Part shown: in pieces, positions 44,511-64,000 of the stretch
How the letters are laid out: every line of letters begins with the position of its first letter
How positions within the stretch are numbered: position 1 is the first letter of the stretch
Assembly: GCF_009914755.1 (NCBI RefSeq)
Contig: NC_060947.1
Source of the DNA: the human T2T-CHM13v2.0 reference genome, Homo sapiens
Reading direction: 5' to 3' (one strand)
Length of the DNA: 64,000 nt
Notes under the pieces: generated by a model
The model's database searches: none
What the model saw: only the letters and a program-made list of their open reading frames with translations
Told to the model about the DNA's origin: nothing
Position numbers and translations under genes: made by a program

Positions 44511-44986
44511 GAGATATACCAGATACTCTTCTGGGTGTTGGGGATACACGATAAACAAAAGTAAGGTACAAGCCCTCATGGGGTTTATACTATATCGAGG
44601 GAAATAGACAAACAAAAATATAATATCAGGTATGGAAAGTGCCATGAAGAAAAAAAGTAGGATAATAAAACAGAAAATCATGGGGTGCTTTTATAGACAG
44701 GGTAGTCAGGGAAGATCTCTGTGTTGAGTGATATCTATATAGATATATTAACCAATATAAGCCAATGGGAAAGGAATAAAATTTCTTAAACTATTTGAGA
44801 CTTGATCAGTTTTTTTATAATTTTAATATACTATTTTATGAATTGATTGTCATTTAAAAAATAGGGGTTTGTGACATCCTTTTAAAGTCTTCTGAGATAA
44901 TTAGCAGCTGGATAAAATACTTCACATTTTACATATTCAAAACGAAGGGAAAGCACATTTCCTCTCTATCTTTAAGATGGAAGTTA

Positions 44987-45289
44987 GGCTGGGAGAAGTG
45001 GCTCATGCCTATAATTCTAGCACTTTGGGAAGCTGAGGCAGGCAGATCACTTGAGCCCAGGAGTCTGAGACCAGTCTGGGCAACATAGCAAAATCCCGTC
45101 TCTATAAAAAAAAAAAAATACAAAAGTTGGCTGGGCGTTGTGTCATGTGCCTGTGGTCCCAGCTCCTCAGGAGGCTGAGGTAGGAGGATCACTTGAGCCC
45201 AGGAGGTCGAGGCTGCAGTGAGCCGTGATTGTGCCACTGCACTACAGCCTGGCAACAGAGCGAGACCCTATCTCAAAAAAATAAAAAAT
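44987..45289 (+). mobile_element. AluJ
   Basis: cttgagcccaggaggtcgaggctgcag; TSD agatggaagtta. Confidence 0.93.
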
Positions 45290-46636
45290 AGATGGAAGTT
45301 AAGTCAGTTAGTTTTTTTTCTGCTCCCCTATGAGGTGCTAATAATGGTCTTCATTGTGTACAAAGGAATAGGCTCTAATGACATGATGACATGATTTTCA
45401 CTGTAAAAACTAGGATATTTTGGGCAGATCTTTAATATGTTGAAAAGACAAAAACAGGAGCCTTCCTAAAATGGTTCCTCAGCATCCTCAACAAAGATAG
45501 ACTCCTGGAGCTCTGCTAAGGGGAGAATGGGTGCTAGTCCGGTATGCTATGTTGAGATGCCGTCTTTCTCTAGCCTCGGTGTGGATCTCTATGCCTCAGT
45601 TTTTCTGTTTTGTGCCTTAGTTTCATTCTTTCTTTGAGTCACCTCCCAATTATAGTTTCTCCATTGCATGGTGTACAGTCCACTGCTTCAGTGCTTTTTT
45701 ATTACAAATAAACATGGATAAACAAGTGCAATTTATTAAGTACACCACTGAGAAACATTTCTGTATTTTCCAAGAAGCCATAATGTAAAGTGGGCTGAGT
45801 ATCAACCCTTGAGTCATAATTGGTGGCATCACAGTTATGCATCTCTTGTTATTTCAAAATTATTTAATCTACCTAAGCCTCAATTTCTCAATTTGTGAAA
45901 GTAGTAAACAGCTACAAGATGTTCTCTAAAATCATACGTTCTTTGGATAATTGATTCCATGTGTTTACTTACCTTCCCAATTTATTGTGAATAGCTTCTG
46001 GATTTAACATTCCATATGTAGGAATAACCCACGTCTGCACCTGGGCAAGGTAAGAGGGGGCATTCTGAACATTTTTTTTTCTCCCACAGCCAGTTGTTGA
46101 AATGTCACCTTTTATCTTGATAATAATAGGGAACTACAAAAGACTATCCAACCCAATATCTGTTTCTTGAGTCTCCTCATCTGATAGGATTCTCTTTAGA
46201 ACAATTCCTCTTATCATGAACCTCTGGATCTTTCTTTAGATTTTCATATTTTCTTACCCTTGTCAATATTCATATACCCCCAACACACACACATACCTGC
46301 ACACACTTGTGCCTTTTGATCTGTTTGTTATGTTTGTTTTATATAACCTGTCACTGAAATATTTATTCTTTTGCTCATTATACCATACACGTGTAACAAA
46401 TCATTGCCCTAAGCAGAAATAAATGTTCTGCTTAGCGTACCAACTGTTCCCTTATTTTTTATGACTGATAATTGGAAATGCAAGTATTTGGAATGTTGAA
46501 ATCCATATTATATCTTATTCTTTAAAAGGTAACCACCTGGAGTGCTGAGATACACATAAGCAAGCTTTCTTAACAATGTTCATATCAAAAGTAAATTCTG
46601 CTTTAGAATGAAATCATGTGAAAGAGGTAATCAGTT

Positions 46637-52790
<6,154 letters not shown>

Positions 52791-52821
52791 AGCTATGTTA
52801 ACAATAAAAAAAAATTGTGGG

Positions 52822-52963
52822 TTTCTTTGTTTTGGTTTTTGGTTTTTAGAGACAGGGTTCTCATCATGTTGCCCAGGCTGGTCTCAAACTCCTCCTGATC
52901 TCAAGCAATCCTCCTGCCTTGACTTCCCAAAGTGCTGGGATTACAAGCATGAGTGGCAAGGCC
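52822..52963 (-). mobile_element. FLAM / Alu left monomer
   Basis: Single antisense monomer with T-rich tail. Confidence 0.8.
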
Positions 52964-53884
52964 TAATCAAAAAAGTGTGTTAAAAACAAGTTATGAAAGG
53001 TATTTGTTAAAACTAGTTGCTAGTTGCAATTGTCTGAGGCTTAGCATTCATAATTATTCTTTCTGGCCACTGATTACATAAGTTCCCTCATGCATGGAAC
53101 TGACACTGTTTCACAATTTTTAAGGCAAAATAGTTTTCTCAATTTTCCTCTTAATCATCTCAATTTTAGGGTTTTGTCTGTTTTATTTCTTTTGCCTTTG
53201 TGATAGCCCTTTTATCTAAATTTTCCCATTTTCAAAATTGTTTTCAGTTTGACAATCATTCAGGTCAGGATGACACTGTGCAGGAAAGAAGTTTCTGCCT
53301 AAATGAGAGAAGTAATTACCCAGCAGAGTTACATAATTAGACAGTAAGTTTTGTTGTGTGTCATATATGTAGCTATAAGAAGATATGAGAAGAGACTAAA
53401 AATTTTAATTTATGCTTCCGTCATGTTTCTCTATGTTAAGCTTCTGACTGTCTAAGTTGGGAAGACATTTTATACACAGATAAAATCTATTTAAAGACAA
53501 AAAATTAATAACAAATGTATCCTAAAATAGCACCTGGAGCATACAAATATAGATGAAAGAAAGACCTTATTCAAGGAAGGTTTGCTCAGTCCTCTGATGG
53601 TACCTGATGTCAGGTTTATAGAATCCTTGGATCATGCTTCTTTCTTTCTGAGATAGATTGAAGGACATTACCACAGTACTACATGGATACGTAAAACACT
53701 AAGGCATACATTGAAGTTAGTGAGGTAAGATGTGGAGGCAGTAATACTCATTGATAAGAGGGTAGCTACAATCTTAACCTAAAGAATATCTCAACACATA
53801 ACCTGACTAAAACTTCTGCATTAGCAATGCTTTTGCAAGACTTTGAAAACTCTTGTTGAAATGCATGAGTCAGATAGGAGTAAA

Positions 53885-54200
53885 AATCATTAACTCATTA
53901 ACCAAATATTTATTTAATGTCCACTATACACTAGGTCCCCTGCCTGGTCTTGTTGGTACAACAATTAACAGAACTTGGTCTCTGACTTCAAAGATTTTCA
54001 AGCCTGGTAGGGAAAATGAACAAATAAATGTGCCATTACAATTTAAGGTTAACAGTGTAGGTAAAGGTTATGAGCCAAGTGTAGGTGGCTATAGAATTAC
54101 AGAAGAGGGCCACCTAACTCAAAATGAAGGCTGAGTATTTGGGTCAGAATGGCTTCCAAGAGGAAATAATGTGTGAGCTTAGAGGAACAGCACAGATAAG
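53885..54200 (-). mobile_element. L2 3' end
   Basis: tcattaaccaaatatttatttaatgtccactatac. Confidence 0.65.
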
Positions 54201-54680
54201 GTTTAAATATTGGGTAAGAGATAGCTACATAAAATAATTAAAAACAGAAGGGAACTTTCAATAATAGCACATTTTACTAAATAAAGAAGTATTATATAGG
54301 TATAGAAACTAACAGACAAGCAAATCGAGAGCTACACATGGAGTCATATGAATACACACATGCAAACAAGTAAAAGTCATTTCATATTTTGGTTCCTTGG
54401 CATACCATTTAAGGTCAAGCGCACAATTTTTGGCCCTAATATTTCTTCGCAAGCTCATCTTCTACAATCCCCCTCACAGTCCTAAACTTTCTCAATGTAG
54501 ATAGTATTTTCACCAGAAAACAGAATTCTTAAGTAGTTCTAATTTTGTTTTTTTTTTGTCGGGGGGTGGGATTTATGGTTTTTAAAAAATTTCTTCGTCC
54601 TCAGGATTTTCAACTATTTAAGCCCTTATGAGTTCAGAACTCTATTTAAAAAAAAATCACATTCAAAAATAGCACATTTA

Positions 54681-55087
<407 letters not shown>

Positions 55088-55254
55088 TTAAGGCTTCAGA
55101 GCCATTGCATCATAAGGAGAGAGAAACTTGGAAGGATGTTTTGGCAGTGTGCTTTGCCATCTGGCTAACACTTGTACTGGAATGTGTGCTGTCAACAATT
55201 TAAATATGACAGTTGTGATGCATTTGCTTATTTTTTCTCACATGATATTAGAAA

Positions 55255-56295
<1,041 letters not shown>

Positions 56296-56599
56296 AAGAA
56301 GACAGCAGCCCTGAAGTGTATATTTTCTTGCTATCTCAAATAATCTGTAAAAAAATAGCATCATAGAAATCTGGGTGAAGTAAACCTGCAACAATTAGCT
56401 CTGTAATTTACAACCAGGTATTTTATTCTCTTCATTCCTTAGTAATAAGTCAGGTAGTTAAGGAGGCACCTCCAGTTTCTAGTCAGGATGTTTGGTAAGC
56501 AATGGGCTGGACTACTGTAGGCCTCATGACTTATTAAGAAAGAGAGCAAGAAAACATGTAGCTGCAGTATGGCATAGAATTACCATATATCAGTAATAT

Positions 56600-56920
56600 T
56601 AAGTGTTTTTACAAATGTGGGTTGAGGTTTACAGTGGGTTGTGAAATCAATTTAGCAAGTCACAATACATCTTTTTAATTTTAAAATAGAGTGAAAGATA
56701 ATTAAAAGTATAACAGTACATCACAAGTGGTAAGAGTAAGTATTGCTTTGTGGAAATTTTGGTTCAATATGCATGTGCATGTGTGTATATTGGTAGATAC
56801 ACATATATAATGGAAGTACATACATATGTGTATTGCATGTGTGTATAGTTAATGAGTCAATATATAAAGTATACTTCTTACTATATATTTCAGTCACAAA
56901 AGTTTAAAATTTGAATGCTA
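56600..56920. mobile_element. hAT-Charlie-like fragment
   Basis: cagtgggttgtgaaatcaatttagcaagtcac...gtcacaaaagtttaaaa. Confidence 0.5.
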
Positions 56921-58088
56921 GTGCTACACATGGCAATAGATCCTTGAGTGTTGATGTGGCTGCTCCCAAACCTAATGGGATAAAAGGCAGAAAGTCTGCA
57001 TCTTAGACGTGTCTGACTTGGCCAGGTCCTCATTCTGCATGACTATCAAATATATGATGTGTTTCTGTGAAGAACTACTAGAGCAAGAAGGACTAGCACC
57101 CACCAACTGATTTGTATCCTTGTTGATTTTGGCTCACTAGGGATTGGTAAGAGCCTTGCAATCCAGCAGCCCAGAAGTTTGCTTCTTAAACAGCTATTTG
57201 TCAGAACCCAGAGCTATTAAGCTTACAAGGACTAACCTAAGGACAAATGGCCAGTTGCCCCTATAGTATGAAAAGCATGAAGTTTTGCATTGTCCCTCAC
57301 CATAGTTTTCTTTTGAAATTCAATATTTCTATGAGGAGACTACTAACGATACTCGATATACAGAACTTCTTGACTGGTAAGTATTAGTATATATTATACT
57401 TGCTTTTTCTGGAATGGAAGAGACCCAGTGTAGCAGAAAGGCACTTTATGTCTAAGAGATAAGAGAAATAGAAAGTCTGGCAAAAAAGATGAAAAGATGA
57501 AAAGATGGGCTGCATCAAAGCCCGCTTTCACATAATTCGTATTTTTATCCAGAGCTACTTCTACAAGCAGTTCAATTAATTTTTCCGGTGAACTAATGAC
57601 TATTGTTGTTGCTTATAGTTATGGAAGCTAGCTATCTTTAAACAAAAATATATGAACCTTGTAATATATTGATTACAAGGAATATTGGATTAGCAAGTAG
57701 AGTATCTATGCAACTCCACCTCCTCATCCAACTGTGAATTATTCCAAACATGGCCCTTAATATCATCTTTAAATACGAAAGAGAACATATTCCAAGTACA
57801 GGGGAAGAACAAGCTTCCCGATGATTAAGCATTTAATTGGGTCAAAATTTTCTGATGGACACCACAATATATATTAACACATTTCTTTCTTTCATTCTCT
57901 TCCTTAAGTGAAAATCACCATTGCAGTAGCATGGAATAATAATTGTGTGAAATTCTAGTCAAAACAAATAAAAACTTTGTTTCTAGATTATCTTATTATG
58001 ATGATACTGATTCAATTTATTAAAACTCTATGTTATGATTGGATTGAGTTGATGCTTATCTCCTGAATTAAAAAGTGAAATGTTCTAA

Positions 58089-58190
58089 CACGTTTACCTA
58101 TGTAACAAAACTGCACATCCTGCACAGGTAAACCAGAACTTAAAATAAAAATAAAAATAAAGATTAAGTCATTTTGCAAAAAAAATATAA
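58089..58190 (+). mobile_element. Very short L1PA 3'-terminal insertion
   Basis: cacgtttacctatgtaacaaaactgcacatcctgcac...gaacttaaaataaaa; degenerate TSD agtgaaatgttctaa/agtaaagtgttctaa. Confidence 0.8.
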
Positions 58191-58898
58191 TAGTAAAGTG
58201 TTCTAATCATGTGTTATTCTGGGTGTACCTACCTCTATATCACTTCAAGATGACTAGTGTCACTGGTCTCATGAGACTAAGCTACCTAATAGATGGTAAC
58301 CTATTTTCCTGAAATGTAAGTTCCTTCATTGCAGGGGGAGGGTCTGATCCCTCTCTGAATGCCCAGTGTCCCGGGTGTATCTGGCACAATGGAGAGGAGC
58401 AACGAATGTTTTTGAATTAATTGTTGCGACTGCTTTATATAAGTGTACTGAAGGAGAAAGAGATAAGAGGAAATGATAATATCTTAAAAATGAGTTATAG
58501 TCAAAGACAAGAGTTTTGGCCAAAATGGAAACTAGTCTGGGAAGACTGTCAAGAAAAGTGGAATATTTTGATTCTTCAGTCAAAAAAAAGGAAGGGAGTG
58601 TATAAATGGTTAACTTTTTTGTTATTACAAACTAATGTGCACTGTTTTTCAGGAGGTTCTGGAACAAGACATGCAGTTATGTTAATGTACGGAGTAGAGA
58701 AAAGCAAACGCTTGAGTCATACAACTGTGCTTTCTCCTCAGCTTGTGGCAGGCAGAGGAGGGCACTGGGGTCTAGGGCTGCTGGCAGTGACAGAAGGGAC
58801 ACCAACTCCTGATGTTTCTTTAATGTGTAGGCAATCATGATTCTGGATGATTCACTCATGCTATATGGACAGAGAGTTAGGTAGGAGAAGGAAAACAA

Positions 58899-58900
<2 letters not shown>

Positions 58901-58945
<45 letters not shown>
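58901..58945. repeat. (TG)n microsatellite, ~22 units
   Basis: Direct read. Confidence 0.95.
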
Positions 58946-58949
<4 letters not shown>

Positions 58950-59419
58950 TTGTACTGGTCATATAGCTAGTACGAACTCCATGCATTGATTTAATTTTGA
59001 TGTGTTTTATTTTCTCCAAACACTCCTAAAGGCAGTTTGGTTCCTCTGTTACCTTCTCTCCAAAGACAAACAAATAGACAAATGAAACATACAACACATC
59101 CCCTCCCCCATTGTGACAAAATGAATAACTATATCTGGACTTTTGCCTTTCAAGTTGTCTTGCAAAGTGATTGCTCAAAAATACGAGTTCTCACTGTGAA
59201 GCTGCAGGTGAATGTGGTCTTGAATTCCTAATGAGAACATGCTGCAGTCCCTTTTCAAGCAAAATCTGTCCTGTATGCAGAATGAGGATCAGCAACGTTT
59301 CTTTCTCTAGTTTTTTACAGGAAAGCAATTGAGGGTCAAGGGAGAGGGGCAATCAATGTAGAGGCTTTAGCAAGCAATTAACTCTTTCAATTCCCAGAAA
59401 GCCTTAAAGCTTACTGTCT

Positions 59420-59835
59420 AATAAATCATAGCTAACATTTTTTGGGTGCTTAACAAATGTCAGGTCCGTTTGTAAGTGTTCAAAATAGATGTTTTTTTTT
59501 TAAATCATCATAACTGTAATAAGTTTCTAAACTGACAACCGAACCTAGGTAGTCTGACGCAGAGCACTGGGTATAAAGCCCTGTGCATATTGCCAGATAC
59601 ATAAGCTTTAGGTTCAGGTAGCCATGAATTAAACTGTGGCCTTTGCCAATTGCAGGTTTGCAACTTTAGGCAGGTAACCTGATTTACTGTATTTCCTCAT
59701 CTGTTAAACAGGAAAAAAAAAATACTTAGATCACAGACTTGTCAAGGTTTAAGTGAAATAAACCTCACAATTAGCATTTAGCACAGTGTCTAACACCCAG
59801 TAATTCCTCAATACATGGTAAAAATTATTATATGC
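59420..59835. mobile_element. Two MIR fragments in opposite orientation
   Basis: atagctaacattttttgggtgctta (antisense) and tttcctcatctgttaaacagg...agcacagtgtctaacac (sense). Confidence 0.65.
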
Positions 59836-59929
59836 AATGGAATCCAATCATATATTTATTACATAAATCTTTAAGGAACATCTGCATAGGGAATGTTGAT
59901 GATGTTATATAGCTAAGTAATGGCTAACT

Positions 59930-62260
59930 CATAAAGGGCCTCATCCACCTTGCTCCCAAAGAGGAATATTGTGAATATATTTGCCTTTTAAAAAGATAAT
60001 TCTGGCAGTATAGTACATGGAGACTGACCTTTGACACCCCCCCGCAACCCTCAAAAACAATCAGGATACTGCAACAAAAGTCCAGGGGATAAATAGGACT
60101 TGATATAAGGTAGTAGCAGTGGAACGGAGATGAGAGAATACATATGAAGTAACTTAATGGGATAGTGTTGAAGAGACCTGAGCATTGTTTGGGTATGTGG
60201 AATGAGGAGGTGGAACTAACACAGATATCACTCAGATTTCTGGTTGGAGAGATTGGGGATCATTGTTTTTATTAACTGAAATAAAGAACACAGGAAGAGG
60301 AATAGGTTTGTAAAGGAATAGCTGTACTTGGGTAAAGAAGACAAATTTTATTTTGGACAGATTGAAATAGAGTTATTTGTGGGACATCTGGTAAAAAGAT
60401 GTGCAGTGGACAATTGAAAGTATAAGCTGTTGCTCTGGAAACAAATATATGGCCTGAAGAGATATATTTGGAATTTCTTAGCATATATGTTGAAATATTA
60501 GATGTGATCAGGATCAAACTAAGGCCTGCTTTTTGAGACAAGTAGGCTGAGAGCAAAGTCTTGGGACACATCCATATGTAAGAGGTAAGCAGGGTTAGGG
60601 AGAAAAAAGATGATGAAGGAAATCATTGAAAGAACACTCAGGGAAGTCAGAGAAAAAAAAGTTCAAGTGCAAAATGCCTAATTTGTTGTAGGCAAGAAGT
60701 TTAAAGTGGTCAGAGGGAGCAACATCACATATTGTAGATATCAAATAAGTTAAGAATTGAAATTTCATCATTGGATCTGGGCACATGAATGTGCAGGATA
60801 TCTTCTGTAGATGTCTCTGGATACACTCTTCACCCTTCTCCACTCTGCTCTGATCTGTACATCTTCAGCAGATGTGTATGAATGGGCTTTGATTCAGGTT
60901 CAAGTACTGGGGAGTCCTTGTAGGAGTTCTGAGGGAAGGAGCAGGGTGACGTTTGAATATTTATTTCCTCGTTACCTCCTTGTGGTTAGCACATGCTGGA
61001 TTTTTCCTGACACAAAGTCACAATTCCCGTCAAGTGTCCATTTCTAGATAGCTTTCTCTATTTCCAGGTTCTGGTAACTGAATCCTTCTCTTGCCCCTTC
61101 AGGTTTAAGGGTGGTAAAGCAACCCCAATGTTACTGAGGCTGGTATTTTGCAGTTGTTTTTCTACATGCTGCCCATATTTTTATAAATAATCAATGGATT
61201 AAGTTAGTATCAAATTACCAAAATTTAGGGTGGAGTTTATTTTCTTCTAATTAATACAAGGAGAAGGTTTTGATGTAGAAGTTGGGGCAAAGGCTAGACT
61301 GGATGGAAATGTAAATGTAAGGCAAAGAAATGGAAATAGTGGATACAGAAGATTCTTCTAAGGATAATAGTTAAGGAAAGTGGAGAGAGCGACTAGTACC
61401 TGGAAATGGAACTTGGAAGCTCTGGGGTTTAATAGTTTTAATGTGGGAGAGACTTTAAAATATGTATAGGCCAGAGTGTATCAGCCAGAAAATTTAGAAG
61501 GATAGATTGAAGATAAAATGAAAGGGGAAAATTACTCTTACAGCAAGATTTCAGAGGAGACAGGAAGAAGTGTAACCCAGAGCACAGGCAGAAACATTCA
61601 TCTTTGAAAAAAAAGAAATTGAATCAATAGAAATAAAGGTTTATATAGATAGAAGTAAGTCCTCAGGTTAGGAGCAGAGAAATGCAGTAGTTTTTGCCTA
61701 AAAACATCTAATCACCTCTGAGATGAGTAGAGAATTGTGAAGATTTAGAATAGACAATGTGGGAAATGGAAGACGAATCTTTCCGGGAACACCTGAACAA
61801 ATAACTCTGCTTTGCTGAGAGCTCGGCTGTGGTTGGAATCCATAAGTTTGTGGCTGAATCAATACTCATATTTATGGGGAAATAGCCCATTTTAATGAGC
61901 TAAGGCGGGAGTGAGGGAGTTACTAGGTTGTATTGATTTAGGTTTTGAAATTTTCAGGTAAATATTAGTTAAAATACACAGAGAGAAGGAAGTGAAGAAT
62001 GCTAACATAAGAGTAGATGAAGAGACAGATCATAGGGTCAGCGATGAAGAGGGAGGAAACTGATATTTAAACAAGGCTGATGACTTGTGGAAAAAGGAGA
62101 GGCTAAAGGAAGTAGGCAGTTAGGGGAAGAAGGACATAAATATATAAAGTATATATGGGAATAGGAACAATAACATGGATGTTGGCATGTTGGTGTTCAG
62201 TGAGGCCGCCCTGAACAATGATACGGTCCAATGTCAACCAAAAGGTAAATGAATTTGATT
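59930..62260 (-). mobile_element. Long fragmented L2 interrupted by an LTR
   Basis: ttttggacagattgaaatagag...gtggtcagagggagcaacatc...cattggatctggca. Confidence 0.65.
60790..61258 (+). mobile_element. LTR33-like ERVL solo LTR
   Basis: tgtgcaggatatcttctg...cactcttcacccttctccactctgctctg...cccttcaggtttaaggggtggtaa...taataca. Confidence 0.7.
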
Positions 62261-62278
62261 TACAAAATATGCAATTTA

Positions 62279-62612
<334 letters not shown>

Positions 62613-63519
62613 TTATCTTACATTTTTCTATTTTCTCCACATTGTTTTGAGACTCTTATTTACTAATTTGTATATTTTTACTATTTCCTAATTAGATACA
62701 CATTTATATTAATGCTATTAATAGGAAAATGTATTTTTCCTGAATTAAGAGCTATTTATTAAAACTTAGAAACATGTTATATGCATGCTTATTAATAACA
62801 TCAAGTGCCACTTTTAATAGTCCCTATGAGAGAAATATTTTACTAATATCTCTTCCTCTTTGAATTTTAAAATTGGGCAGATTATTTTATTATATATAAT
62901 ATTAGATGGGCTTTTTCTTCCTGCTAGCATTTTGTACCCTGCTAAGTATTAGTAATCTCTTTTGATTTATTCATGATTAATGAATGCCTGACCAATTGGT
63001 AGCATAAAGAAATGTAGCAAGTACTAGTTGAAGAGTCTCAAATATTCAATAAGATAGATGTATAATAAATGTTATTTATGTAATTCTTAGCCAGAGATTA
63101 AAGGTAGAATCTTACTGCTGAAGAAAATGTTTATTCTCTACCCTTTTTATTTTCTTCCATGTACAAGGAGTTCCATTAGTGACTTATCTGAACAGTGAAT
63201 TTGGGAGAGGGAACTGAGTGTGTGCAGCTCATCCATTACCTCACTCACCCTCTTTGGGTTCTGTCTGCATGTGCTTTGCATAAAGGACATGCCCCTGAAA
63301 GCAAGGCCTCCATGTTCCATGGCTACCTATTATCTGGACAGATAAGTCTGCGTAATTCAGGAATTCAGTGTTAAGAACCATGCTTTTCCTCTCATATTAG
63401 TCATACTCTCCAATATCAGTTTTAGAAGTTATAAAGGGGTCTTTTGATGTCAATCTGCCTCACCTCTCTGCTTCTATTTCTTACTTAGTTTTGATGCTAA
63501 GAGCGGCCCTGTAAAGGCA

Positions 63520-63920
63520 TCATGGCACAGTGGTTAAGAGCAAACTGTGAAGTTAAACTGCCTGATTTTGAATACCACTTATACCACGTACTAGCAAGGT
63601 GATTTGTAGCATTTTACTTCACTTTGGTGTCCATTTATTTCCTAAACTGTAAAATGGAGATGATAATAGCACCTATTTCATAAAGTTGTGAAGATGAAAT
63701 GAGATAATACTTTTAAATGCATAGATATGTGCCTAGAACCTAGAAGTAGTCAGTGAATGCCTAGAAGTGAGTTATTATTATATCCATTTTAGAGATAAAA
63801 ATCAGAAGTTCAGAAAATGTATATTACTTGCCAAAGGGCACCTGGCTAGTAGCCAGACATAGGATTCTAACCTAGCTCCTTCGGGTATCAGAACTCTGAC
63901 ATATTTTGCCATACCTATGT
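63520..63920. mobile_element. Tail-to-tail MIR pair
   Basis: gcatcatggcacagtggttaagagc...ctgtaaaatggagatgataatagcacct (sense), then tccattttagagataaaaatcaga...acttgccaaaggg (antisense). Confidence 0.75.
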
Positions 63921-64000
63921 ATCTTCTTAGCAAGGCCTGGTTCATCTATCTTGGTTTAGATATTGTATTTCATTACTCTCTTAGAAAAAAATGCATGAAA

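Noticed and set aside
58421-58840. 139-aa ORF
   Set aside because: TTG start, no recognisable domain, length compatible with chance

Overview
AT-rich, repeat-dense primate (almost certainly human) genomic DNA. It has one protein-coding sequence: the single-exon CDS of FAM133A (+ strand, ATG 22562 to TAA 23308, 248 aa, Lys/Ser/Glu-rich; known X-linked paralogue of FAM133B). The CDS lies in a terminal exon starting at ~22459, with a probable upstream non-coding exon at ~11542-11630. Most of the rest is interspersed repeat: Alu, L1, L2, MIR, MER5/Charlie/Tigger DNA transposons, MaLR LTRs, a two-LTR MLT1 element and a decayed two-LTR ERVL provirus with readable integrase and dUTPase relics. I see no new multi-gene system. 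The best leads are: a gene structure apparently built from transposon parts (L2-derived exon, MLT1-derived poly(A) signal); a strong-context uORF at the last splice junction; an intronic promoter-like cassette with a consensus splice donor between inverted AluY copies; a 92-bp locally templated insertion; and two L1 copies with possible short 3' transductions. Repeat subfamily names are recalled from consensus sequences, not computed, and boundaries of old repeats are approximate.
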